Virus record (IMG/VR): IMGVR_UViG_3300033153_012477
Coordinates: 55,437 to 119,436 of that record
Reading direction: 5' to 3' (one strand)
Origin: a virus
Lineage: Duplodnaviria > Heunggongvirae > Uroviricota > Caudoviricetes
DNA length: 64,000 nucleotides
Part shown: positions 54,505-62,998 of the stretch, piece by piece
Layout of the letters: each line of letters starts with the position of its first letter
Position numbering within the stretch: the stretch's first letter is position 1
Position numbers and translations under genes: made by a program
Notes under the pieces: generated by a model
The model's database searches: none
What the model saw: only the letters and a program-made list of their open reading frames with translations
Told to the model about the DNA's origin: nothing

Positions 54505-56702
54505 GGTATTACGCAATTAAAGAGAATCTATTTTTAGTAGAGCAAGAAATTCCAGGAACGGACACACCTGTCATACCTGATCCTGTGAATCACTTGTGGA
54601 TATATGACAGAAGCTACTCTATGAGTTATGACCTACCCGCTTTAGCTAAAGACTTAATCTACAAAGCTAAGGAAATTCCAAAAGGGGACACGCTCTCAAT
54701 AGGGTGGTTCTCTAGTGAAGGTGAATATAATTTCATCTTAAAGGGTTTCAAGGTAACGGACTCCTCAGATTATAAAATCCTAGAAAATGCAATCAATAAA
54801 AATAAAACTCCCGTAGGTTGTACCTGTTTTTCAGAAATACTAACAGACACCAAAACTGTAATTGAAGATTTATCGGTTATCTCAGATAAATTCTCATTAA
54901 TGTTTTTCTCGGATGGGTATCCTGTAGTTAGAAACTATTCAAAAGAGATTGAATCCATCTACACGGCTGTAGAGAGCTTAGAGGGTAAGATTACCTCAAG
55001 TTGTATGATTGGTTATGGTAACTACTATAATAAAAATCTTATGATGGAAATGGCAGAAAGATTAGGAGGTTCACTTATTCATAGTAATAACCTGCCTCAA
55101 TTTAGCATTGCCCTAGAAGACCTAATTAAAAATTCGGGAAGTACCACAGGAAAAACTCCTATTGAATTCACAGGTGCAAAACCTAACAAAGATATCATCT
55201 TTTCACTGAACGTTAACTTTAAAGAAAGTGCTTCAATTAATGTTTATCGACAAAAAGAAGATGATACTGTAATGTACGCCCCAACAACAGGTACGTCTAA
55301 AGAACACATCTATTTTTTAACTGATAAGCTTTCAGGAAATGAGGAAGAGGTATTAATTCAAGAGAATAACTTCCTAAGACCTACTAAAAAAGAATCAATG
55401 ATACAAGCTGTTTACGCTCTTAGTTGCATCCTTAATCAGAAAACTAAAACAGATGAAGCTCTTGAGGTCCTAGGTTCACTAGGGGATACTAAGCTAGTAG
55501 ACGTGCTCTATAATGCCTTCACAAACTCGGAACACGGGGATGCAGAAGAAGCTTTAAAGAAAGCTATCCACACTCCGAAAGAAAGAATACAACATAAGTA
55601 TGACACAAGTTACCTACCTGCCTCGGATGCCTTTTGCCTTTTAGATGTTATTGAGATGCTATTAAAAGATGAGAACGCTTCTTTCTACCCCTATCATGAA
55701 GACTTTAAGTATAAAAAGATTAGTCGGGGTACTAAAACCAAAGGTGATTTCCCTAAGTTTGTTGCAGATAAGAACCCAAGATGTGATCTATCTACCCTTG
55801 CTTGGCACAAAAGTAAGCTTAATCTATCTGTGAAAGCTAATATTAAAGGTACTATTGATCTCGGTGATGAAGCAGAGAAATTAGGTTTTGCTAAAAACTA
55901 CCCAACTCACGTTTTTAGAAACTATGCTATCGTAAAAGATGGGTTCCTAAACACTCCTTGGCTTCCTGTAACCATATCCAAAGAAACTTATGAAACATTA
56001 AGTGCAAAGGGTGTTATCTGGACGAATGGAGCTTGGGAAGAAGATAGAGTGTATGTTCTAGAGCTAAACAAGATTCCAGTTATGAATAGAGCTATTGCTG
56101 ATGGGAAAACTTCAGCAACTGAGCTTTCTAATAAAGTTTTTGAAGAGATTAAATTACAAGCTCAGTTAAAAGTATTAAACGATGCTAAGAAATCACTTGA
56201 AGAGAAAACTGCTTATGTAGACAGTACTTTTGCAGGACTCTCTGAAGAGCAGATTGAGTTTCTAAAAAATAAAGGAATAGGTAAAAATGGTTTCTCCCCA
56301 GCAATGGAATCTCAAGAGCCTGTAGACTATTACTTTGCTAAAGAGTTCTCCATCAAGGTAAAAAGTTTTTCAAGCTTACCTTCTGTGAAAGATACTAGAG
56401 CTAGAATTGCTTCAGGAAAACTCAGACCTGCTGACGAAGTGATGAAATTAGGCATCGACCTATATGACAGTTCTCCAGTAGCTAAACAGTCTGACAAGAT
56501 AAAACTTACTTGGGTAGAGGAAGAGGTTACTAAATTGAAAACAAATCTACTTGATGTGCGATTTGACATTCAACGTACTAAATTTGCCATCATATTAGGT
56601 AAAAAATGGTTTGATGAGTTTGAAAGTAGAGATGACTCTACATTAGAGATAGATGGTAAAACTTTCACCATTTCCGTGGAAGAGAAAAAAGTAACTATCT
56701 AA
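54501..56702 (+). CDS. von Willebrand factor A (vWA) domain protein, 733 aa
   Basis: N-terminal MIDAS 'WIYDRSYSMSYD' (DxSxS), followed by 'GCTCFSEIL' (T) and 'MFFSDGYP' (D). Confidence 0.5.
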   Translation: MRYYAIKENLFLVEQEIPGTDTPVIPDPVNHLWIYDRSYSMSYDLPALAKDLIYKAKEIPKGDTLSIGWFSSEGEYNFILKGFKVTDSSDYKILENAINKNKTPVGCTCFSEILTDTKTVIEDLSVISDKFSLMFFSDGYPVVRNYSKEIESIYTAVESLEGKITSSCMIGYGNYYNKNLMMEMAERLGGSLIHSNNLPQFSIALEDLIKNSGSTTGKTPIEFTGAKPNKDIIFSLNVNFKESASINVYRQKEDDTVMYAPTTGTSKEHIYFLTDKLSGNEEEVLIQENNFLRPTKKESMIQAVYALSCILNQKTKTDEALEVLGSLGDTKLVDVLYNAFTNSEHGDAEEALKKAIHTPKERIQHKYDTSYLPASDAFCLLDVIEMLLKDENASFYPYHEDFKYKKISRGTKTKGDFPKFVADKNPRCDLSTLAWHKSKLNLSVKANIKGTIDLGDEAEKLGFAKNYPTHVFRNYAIVKDGFLNTPWLPVTISKETYETLSAKGVIWTNGAWEEDRVYVLELNKIPVMNRAIADGKTSATELSNKVFEEIKLQAQLKVLNDAKKSLEEKTAYVDSTFAGLSEEQIEFLKNKGIGKNGFSPAMESQEPVDYYFAKEFSIKVKSFSSLPSVKDTRARIASGKLRPADEVMKLGIDLYDSSPVAKQSDKIKLTWVEEEVTKLKTNLLDVRFDIQRTKFAIILGKKWFDEFESRDDSTLEIDGKTFTISVEEKKVTI

Positions 56703-56711
56703 GGGGGTAAT

Positions 56712-57251
56712 ATGGATAAGGTATTGATTGTTGTAGACATGCAAAATGATTTTCTTCTTAACGAGGGGAGTCTAAATTTAGGGCACGACACTAAGGAACT
56801 TCGTGAAAAAATGGCGGAGTTTGTAGATAATTTTGAAGGCAGGCTCTACTTTACTTATGATAATCACCAAGAAGACGACTGCGAGTTTGCAGTCTTCCCA
56901 AAGCACTGTGTAGAGCACTCTAATGGGCATAAGTTAGTTAATGAGCTTAAAGCTGTTTTAAGAGGTAAAGATTTCGAAACCCTAGCAAAGAAGTCTTACA
57001 CTGGCGGAGCAATAACCAACTTAGCAAACGAACTTGCAGACAATGCTATCAAAGAGATTCATGTGGTAGGGGTCTGTGTTCATATCTGTGTGCATGATAT
57101 TGTAGGTACTCTTGTGAATCATACAAAAAATGTTCATGGTTATATTCCAAAAATAGTCATTCACAAAGATTTAGTAGATGACTTTAATCCTGAAATGGCA
57201 GAATTTGCATTAAAAAGAATGGAAAGCTTATATGGTGCGGAGTTAGTGTGA
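56712..57251 (+). CDS. pncA: Nicotinamidase / isochorismatase-family hydrolase (PncA-like)
   Basis: 'LIVVDMQNDF' (PncA 'LLVDLQNDF'), 'FPKHCV' (PncA 'WPDHCV') and a catalytic-Cys region 'VVGVCVHICV'. GGGGG ribosome-binding site. Confidence 0.65.
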   Translation: MDKVLIVVDMQNDFLLNEGSLNLGHDTKELREKMAEFVDNFEGRLYFTYDNHQEDDCEFAVFPKHCVEHSNGHKLVNELKAVLRGKDFETLAKKSYTGGAITNLANELADNAIKEIHVVGVCVHICVHDIVGTLVNHTKNVHGYIPKIVIHKDLVDDFNPEMAEFALKRMESLYGAELV

Positions 57252-57487
57252 AAGATTTAGAGCGTAAGGATCCAAGGAAAGTTATTCCCCACGGTCCTTA
57301 CTGTTACTCGGGATCTAGGAATCCCGCAGACAAGAATTACAAACCTTGTCCTTATTGGGAACTTCGGGGAACTGAAGAAGAATACTATGGTTGCTGTTCC
57401 TATCTAGATATATCAGACGATGATGGGGAAGGTTTAAGTCATCTCTGGGATCAAGTGAAAGAGTGTGGGATTAATTGTGACTACTAA
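57248..57487 (+). CDS. Small Cys-rich hypothetical protein
   Basis: 79-aa ORF between pncA-like and nadM-like, overlapping both. Confidence 0.3.
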   Translation: MKDLERKDPRKVIPHGPYCYSGSRNPADKNYKPCPYWELRGTEEEYYGCCSYLDISDDDGEGLSHLWDQVKECGINCDY

Positions 57488-58052
57488 GAAATATAAAACA
57501 GGACTAGCTTGTATGAGATGCCAACCTTTTCATATAGGGCATCAGAGATTAGTCAACAAGATGATTTCAGAATGTGAGACATCTTTTGTAATTATAGGTT
57601 CTGCTAATGAGTCAGGAACAGACAGAAACCCCATCTCTTATGTAAACAGAAAAAGAATGGTTGAGAACTGCTATGTGGAAGAGTGGGTGTCGGGGAACTT
57701 AGTGATCTCTCCCGCAGTAGATATTAATGACTTCCCTAATTGGAGTAAGTTTATTCTAAACATGATTCCTTTCATAGTTAATAAGTATTATGCAGGATCA
57801 AAAGAAGATGCCTCTGCTTTTGAACTTTACCCTGTAGAAAATTATCCAAAACTTGAAATAGAAATTTTAGACAGAGATGATTTTCCTGTAACCGCTACAG
57901 AAATAAGAAAACTTTTTAAACAAGATAATCCAGCATGGAAATTACATATTCCTAAAGATAATATAGAAATAACTGAAAGAATATTAAACGGGAAACATCC
58001 TTTCCCTGAGTTAGAAAAACTTGAAAAAGAGATGGGTGGGGAGATAATATGA
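57465..58052 (+). CDS. nadM: NadM-type nicotinamide/nicotinate-mononucleotide adenylyltransferase
   Basis: 'MRCQPFHIGHQRLV' ((H/T)xGH nucleotidyltransferase motif; archaeal NadM 'GRFQPFHKGH') and 'FVIIGSANESGTDRNPISYVNRKRM' (NadM 'IIGIGSAQ.SHT..NPFT..ER'). Confidence 0.65.
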   Translation: MGLIVTTKKYKTGLACMRCQPFHIGHQRLVNKMISECETSFVIIGSANESGTDRNPISYVNRKRMVENCYVEEWVSGNLVISPAVDINDFPNWSKFILNMIPFIVNKYYAGSKEDASAFELYPVENYPKLEIEILDRDDFPVTATEIRKLFKQDNPAWKLHIPKDNIEITERILNGKHPFPELEKLEKEMGGEII

Positions 58053-59212
58053 TTATTCAAAGTTTACTAGACAACGACCTTTACAAATTCACTATGATGC
58101 AGGCATTCCATCATAATTTTCCTGAGGCTCAATCTAAACATAGATTCATACTCAGAAGCAAAGGGGTGAACTTACTTCCTTACAAAAAACAAATCGAAGA
58201 AGAGATAGAGCATATGTGCTCCCTTAGTTTTAAACCAAAGGAGTTAGAGTATCTCAGCAGTCTGGGTTTTATGAAGCCCGACTATTTAGACCTTCTTGAA
58301 GATATTAAGCTTAAAACTAGAGGGATGAAGATAACAGAAGAATCTGGAAACCTCGCTATAACATATGAAGGGAGTCTCGTTCAAAAGATATTATTTGAAG
58401 TCCCTGTAATGGCAATCATCAGTGAAACTTATTTGAGAGATAAGGTAGATATTAAACAAGAAGCTCATAAGATTGGTTATGCTAAAATTAAAGAAAAAAT
58501 AGAAAAATTGGAAAATGCGGGAGTTCCAATAAAATTTGCGGATTTTGGAACTCGAAGAAGATTTTCAAGAGAGTGGCACGATGTGGTTGTGAATCTATTT
58601 TCAAATCTTGCACCAGATTATTTTGTAGGAACTTCAAATGTTTTATTAGCTATGAATCATAAGGTTAAACCTATTGGCACTATGGCACATGAGTGGATTC
58701 AGGCAGGGCAAGCTTTAGGGGAAGTGCAGTTAAAAAATAGTCAGAAGTTTATGTTCGAGACTTGGGTAAAGGAATATAGAGGAGACTTAGGAATACTTTT
58801 AACAGACACTATAGGAATGGAGCCTTTCCTTAAAGATTTCGATAAGTATTTCGCTAAACTTTATGACGGGTGTCGCCACGATTCTGGTTGCCCCTACACT
58901 TGGGGAGATAAGTTAATTGAACATTATAAGAGCTTCAATATTGACCCTACCACTAAAACAGCAGTTTTTAGCGATGGTTTAAATTTTGATAAAATGATTG
59001 AAATTGATAAACATTTTCACGGAAAAATTAACACCTCCTATGGTATTGGTACTAACGTTACCAATGATGTGGGTGTCCAACCACTGTCTATGGTTATCAA
59101 ACTTGTGGAGTTAAACGGTAATGCAGTAGCTAAGATTTCGGATGAGCCTATTAAGGCAATCTGTGAGGATCCAGAATTTTTAAGCTACCTCAAGAAAGTT
59201 TATGGTGTGTAG
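58049..59212 (+). CDS. pncB: Nicotinate phosphoribosyltransferase
   Basis: Near-collinear match to E. coli PncB by eye: 'LLDNDLYKFTMMQA', 'DFGTRRRFSREW', 'FVGTSNV', 'GTMAHEWIQA', 'GCRHDSGCP', 'AVFSDGLNFDK', 'SYGIGTN' and 'IKLVELNGNAVAKISDEP'. Confidence 0.9.
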   Translation: MIIQSLLDNDLYKFTMMQAFHHNFPEAQSKHRFILRSKGVNLLPYKKQIEEEIEHMCSLSFKPKELEYLSSLGFMKPDYLDLLEDIKLKTRGMKITEESGNLAITYEGSLVQKILFEVPVMAIISETYLRDKVDIKQEAHKIGYAKIKEKIEKLENAGVPIKFADFGTRRRFSREWHDVVVNLFSNLAPDYFVGTSNVLLAMNHKVKPIGTMAHEWIQAGQALGEVQLKNSQKFMFETWVKEYRGDLGILLTDTIGMEPFLKDFDKYFAKLYDGCRHDSGCPYTWGDKLIEHYKSFNIDPTTKTAVFSDGLNFDKMIEIDKHFHGKINTSYGIGTNVTNDVGVQPLSMVIKLVELNGNAVAKISDEPIKAICEDPEFLSYLKKVYGV

Positions 59213-59901
59213 TGGTTACTTTAGAACAAGTACACTTAGATAGATCTAAAGGGACTGGTTTAGATTTTGGGATAAGAGATGGGTACTCATGGAAAGGGTA
59301 CTATATTAAGAAATACCATATATTTGATCCAAAAACAGGAAATATTATAATAAGTAATATTGAACACCTGAAAGAAAAGAATAATGAAGAAATAGAATCT
59401 CTCGAATTAGGCTCTGACATACAATCCGTTGAGTTTATGACGGGTATCCCTAACTGTGATTTAATCCGAAAAAGAAAACCTATTCTAAAATCTGCAGATA
59501 TTTTTTATATTCCATCTGGAGATAAAATCAAAACTAGAAACTACCTGGGTTCAAAACGAAGATCTTTTACTCATGGTGAAAAATTAGTTTGTGAGATATA
59601 TTTACCTTCCACACTGTTTAAAAAAATAGTGAAGATAAGAAATAAAGTAGACAAGTTCCCAACCTTTAAAGGTATCTTTGAACAGCATAAGATATATTAC
59701 AGAAACTTTGTATTTACGATAAAATCTAATTACCAGATAAAAAATTTAGATAAAAATAAAGAATTTTTAAAAGATTGGAAAAGTGTGACAAGAGGATCTA
59801 GATGGGGAGAGCCTCTGGTTACCGAGAATTTGAAAGATACAATTTTACAAGACATGAGAAACTTTATTAAAAAATATGAAAACTTTGAAGTGGAGAATTA
59901 G
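59212..59901 (+). CDS. Hypothetical protein embedded in the NAD module
   Basis: 229-aa ORF, start coupled to the pncB stop. No motif. Confidence 0.45.
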   Translation: MVTLEQVHLDRSKGTGLDFGIRDGYSWKGYYIKKYHIFDPKTGNIIISNIEHLKEKNNEEIESLELGSDIQSVEFMTGIPNCDLIRKRKPILKSADIFYIPSGDKIKTRNYLGSKRRSFTHGEKLVCEIYLPSTLFKKIVKIRNKVDKFPTFKGIFEQHKIYYRNFVFTIKSNYQIKNLDKNKEFLKDWKSVTRGSRWGEPLVTENLKDTILQDMRNFIKKYENFEVEN

Positions 59902-59903
59902 TT

Positions 59904-60758
59904 ATGATTAAGTATGTGAACAGACTTATTGAGAATATAAAAGATGATATTAGATCCGAAATGGATATTGCAGTGCTAGGTCTTAGTGGGGGTGTTGATT
60001 CTACCGTCTGTGCTGTTTTAGCTACCTTAGCTTTAGGACCAGAAAGAGTATACTGTGTTCATATGCCTTATGGGGAAGTTGATCTCACCGAGGGTAAATT
60101 TAATAGTAATTCTATTAAAATAGCAGAAAAATTAAAAGTACAATCTCTATACAGACCTATTGAAAATGCAGTTAATGCTCTCAATACTGTTTTATCCTTT
60201 GCAAGTGATACCTTTGCTTTCGCAAAAGACCCCTTAAGTGATGTTAACTTAGGTAACTCAAGATCAAGAGTAAGAATGTGTGTTCTATACGGCATTGCTC
60301 ACCACTTAGAGACAACGCTTGAAAAAAATGTGCGAGTTTTAGGAACGGGTAATTTATCCGAGGACTATATTGGCTATTTTACAAAATTCGGAGACGGGGG
60401 TGCTGACATCTTTCCAATTGGAGAGTTGTTTAAGTCTGAAGTTTATCAACTAGCAGAGCATTTCATAAAAACAACTTTAATATCTAAAGAGATGATAGAT
60501 TATAACCCTTCAGCAGGTCTTTGGTCAGGACAACTTGATTCTTCGGAAATAGGGTATACTTATGATGAGATGGAACCGTCTATAAGAAAAACAAGAAATC
60601 CAGAAACAGGGTTTGCTTATACAGGATATGAAAAAATAATAAGTGGTATTAACCATAATAGGTCAAACATGGACAATATTGTCTTAAAAAAACACTTTAA
60701 CAATCAACATAAACTCAAAAGTGTACCCACTTTACCCTTGAGGGAGTTTTGTGACTAA
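59904..60758 (+). CDS. nadE: NH3-dependent NAD+ synthetase
   Basis: PP-loop 'IAVLGLSGGVDSTVCAVLA' (SGGxDS), 'LGTGNLSEDYIGYFTKFGDGGADI' and a size typical of NadE (284 aa). Confidence 0.8.
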   Translation: MIKYVNRLIENIKDDIRSEMDIAVLGLSGGVDSTVCAVLATLALGPERVYCVHMPYGEVDLTEGKFNSNSIKIAEKLKVQSLYRPIENAVNALNTVLSFASDTFAFAKDPLSDVNLGNSRSRVRMCVLYGIAHHLETTLEKNVRVLGTGNLSEDYIGYFTKFGDGGADIFPIGELFKSEVYQLAEHFIKTTLISKEMIDYNPSAGLWSGQLDSSEIGYTYDEMEPSIRKTRNPETGFAYTGYEKIISGINHNRSNMDNIVLKKHFNNQHKLKSVPTLPLREFCD

Positions 60759-61533
60759 AGTATATAACAAAAACTCCCTTATTTATAAAATAACCAACAC
60801 TAGGAATAACAAAGTTTACATTGGAAAAACAACTTCAAGTTTAAAAAAAAGAAAGGGTCAATATTTTTCGGAATCTTTTAAAACTAAACGAAATAGACTG
60901 ATTAATAAAGCTATTCGAAAGCATGGTTGGGATTCTTTCTCTTGGGAGATTTTATGCTATTGTGATAACCTAGATGAATTAGCTAAAAAAGAAAAGGAAT
61001 TTATAAAAAAATACAAATCTTTCTATAAAGAAAATAAGAGTATTATAGCAAAACATGGCTATAATATGACAGAAGGTGGAGAGGGAAACTTAGGTTATGT
61101 CTGGACAAATGAAGCAAGAGAAAAAATAAAAGGAAAAAATAATCATAGATTTGGAAAAAAATTAACAAAAGAACAAAGAGAACACTTAAAAAATATTAAT
61201 TTAAACAGGAAACATTCTAAGTCATCTATATCAAAATTGAAAAAAACACTAGAGATATATCACTGGAATAGGAAAAATTTAGATATTGCTTTAATTACAT
61301 TCCTATTTTTTAAGGAGTTTTCATTTAATAAGATGACCTCTATTTATAATATTATTAAAAAAGAGAATCTAAGCAACTCTCCCTTCAAAAGAATAACTAA
61401 GAAAATAGGAATTAGCATGAACGCTAAAAATCAAAATGACTATAAAAAGAAACAAAATATTTTTGTAAGAAAAAATAAAATAGAAGAAGTTTTGATAAAA
61501 GCTTTACTGAACATTAAAAAAAATAAGCAATGA
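60751..61533 (+). CDS. GIY-YIG homing endonuclease
   Basis: 'LIYKITNTRNNKVYIGKTTSSLKKR...H' is the GIY-YIG core. 'YNMTEGGEG' plus a Lys-rich DNA-binding C-terminal half, as in T4 Seg/I-TevI-like enzymes. Confidence 0.65.
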   Translation: MTKVYNKNSLIYKITNTRNNKVYIGKTTSSLKKRKGQYFSESFKTKRNRLINKAIRKHGWDSFSWEILCYCDNLDELAKKEKEFIKKYKSFYKENKSIIAKHGYNMTEGGEGNLGYVWTNEAREKIKGKNNHRFGKKLTKEQREHLKNINLNRKHSKSSISKLKKTLEIYHWNRKNLDIALITFLFFKEFSFNKMTSIYNIIKKENLSNSPFKRITKKIGISMNAKNQNDYKKKQNIFVRKNKIEEVLIKALLNIKKNKQ

Positions 61534-61808
61534 GATATATCAAAGAACTCGACTTATTTGAGATTGACTGTTCCTTAGACATGGAGGGAACAGCTCATGA
61601 CTGTGCTATCTTAAGAATAATTCCCAAGCAATGCCCTGGAGGTAAAGGAGTCTGTAAGGAATCTCGATCTGATCCTGGGTTTGGTAATGTTTTTGAATGT
61701 GATAATTATGTTCGTATGGTTTCTGATACGGGAGAGCCAGGAATTTTCGTAGACAATAAATTATACTGTAAAGGACATAATTCCCTTAAATTTATTATGG
61801 AGGATTAA
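61530..61808 (+). CDS. Small Cys-containing hypothetical protein
   Basis: 92-aa ORF. Confidence 0.35.
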   Translation: MRYIKELDLFEIDCSLDMEGTAHDCAILRIIPKQCPGGKGVCKESRSDPGFGNVFECDNYVRMVSDTGEPGIFVDNKLYCKGHNSLKFIMED

Positions 61809-62405
61809 ATGGAAAGACCAATCTGTTATTTAGATGTGGACGGGGTACTCTATTACTATCCAAAAGAAGGTTCAGAAGACTTCAAAACTGAAGGAGTATA
61901 TGGAGGCATAAGACCTTATATTATGGGACTCCTACAAACAATTCACAATTGTGGTTATGAGTTAAGAATGCTCACATGTAACCGTAAAGGGGGGCATCTT
62001 TTATTAAACTCATGCCTGCACAGCGGATACTACCCTTTAAAATGGAGAAGAGATAAAGATACTAATGATAAAAAACTATTAGAATTCAATATGCCCGATG
62101 ATATTCCCTCTTGTTATCTAAATTATGACTACAAAAATGAACTAGATCACGGAGAGTACAGTAAAGCTGCTTTTGTCGATTTCAGTAGAGAATTTATCTG
62201 GATAGAAGATGGAATACTTGACAAAGAAGAGGAGCTTCTAGAAGAAAAAGGCATTCTTGACTGCTACTGTTATGTAGACAGGTTTAAAAGAGAAGAGTTA
62301 CTAAAAGTAATGGATTGGATCAGCAATCATCGCCTCACTAAAAAGTATTATGACAGTAATATAGAGATACCAACTAACCGAGATGAGCCGAGGTATCAAG
62401 GATGA
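61809..62405 (+). CDS. Putative HAD-like hydrolase
   Basis: N-terminal 'ICYLDVDGVLYY' resembles HAD motif I (DxDGxL). Weak. Confidence 0.35.
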   Translation: MERPICYLDVDGVLYYYPKEGSEDFKTEGVYGGIRPYIMGLLQTIHNCGYELRMLTCNRKGGHLLLNSCLHSGYYPLKWRRDKDTNDKKLLEFNMPDDIPSCYLNYDYKNELDHGEYSKAAFVDFSREFIWIEDGILDKEEELLEEKGILDCYCYVDRFKREELLKVMDWISNHRLTKKYYDSNIEIPTNRDEPRYQG

Positions 62406-62896
62406 GCGATATTTTCTTAAATTTAGGATGCAGTGAATATAAACTACCTAACTTTATAAACGTAGATATAGATCCAAATGTAAAACCAGAACTTTGTATA
62501 GATCTAAACAAACTGGGGGATCATTTTGAGGAAAGATCTGTAGACTTTATCTTCGCAGGGCATGTTTTTGAACATTTCAAAAAAGAAGACTCTCAAAAAT
62601 TAATGGAAACCTGTTTCAAGATATTAAAGCCGCACCGAATATTGCTTGCCGTAGTTCCTGACTATAGTAAGTGTGCGGATCAGCACATAGCTACTGCAGA
62701 AAGAGTAATCTTAGCAGGAGGGGACCACCTTATGTTATTTCATAAAGAAAGATTAAGAGCTATGTTGGGCAAAGCTGGGTTCAGGCATGCTTATCACGTA
62801 GAAGATCTTCATGAAATCCCATATCTTCTTGTCTCAAATATAAATGATCCCGTACCAGACTCTTGGCAAACAGGATTTGTTGCCTTAAAACTATAA
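62402..62896 (+). CDS. Class I SAM-dependent methyltransferase (paralog-like to 39080-39745)
   Basis: 'FLNLGCSEYKLPNFINVDI' and 'DFIFAGHVFEHF'. It has the same architecture as the minus-strand methyltransferase. Confidence 0.5.
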   Translation: MSDIFLNLGCSEYKLPNFINVDIDPNVKPELCIDLNKLGDHFEERSVDFIFAGHVFEHFKKEDSQKLMETCFKILKPHRILLAVVPDYSKCADQHIATAERVILAGGDHLMLFHKERLRAMLGKAGFRHAYHVEDLHEIPYLLVSNINDPVPDSWQTGFVALKL

Positions 62897-62921
62897 CGCA
62901 TAGCTAACAAATTTACATAGG

Positions 62922-62931
62922 CTGTATAGAT
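62922..62931 (+). promoter_or_regulatory. Copy of the recurring CTGTATAGAT motif
   Basis: 'ggCTGTATAGATTTTTTTaattg', about 68 nt upstream of the AAA-ATPase start at 62999. Confidence 0.3.
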
Positions 62932-62998
62932 TTTTTTAATTGTCTTCTAGAATCCTTATGGGCTATACTTTTTTATAATCAAATATGGAGGTAGGATT

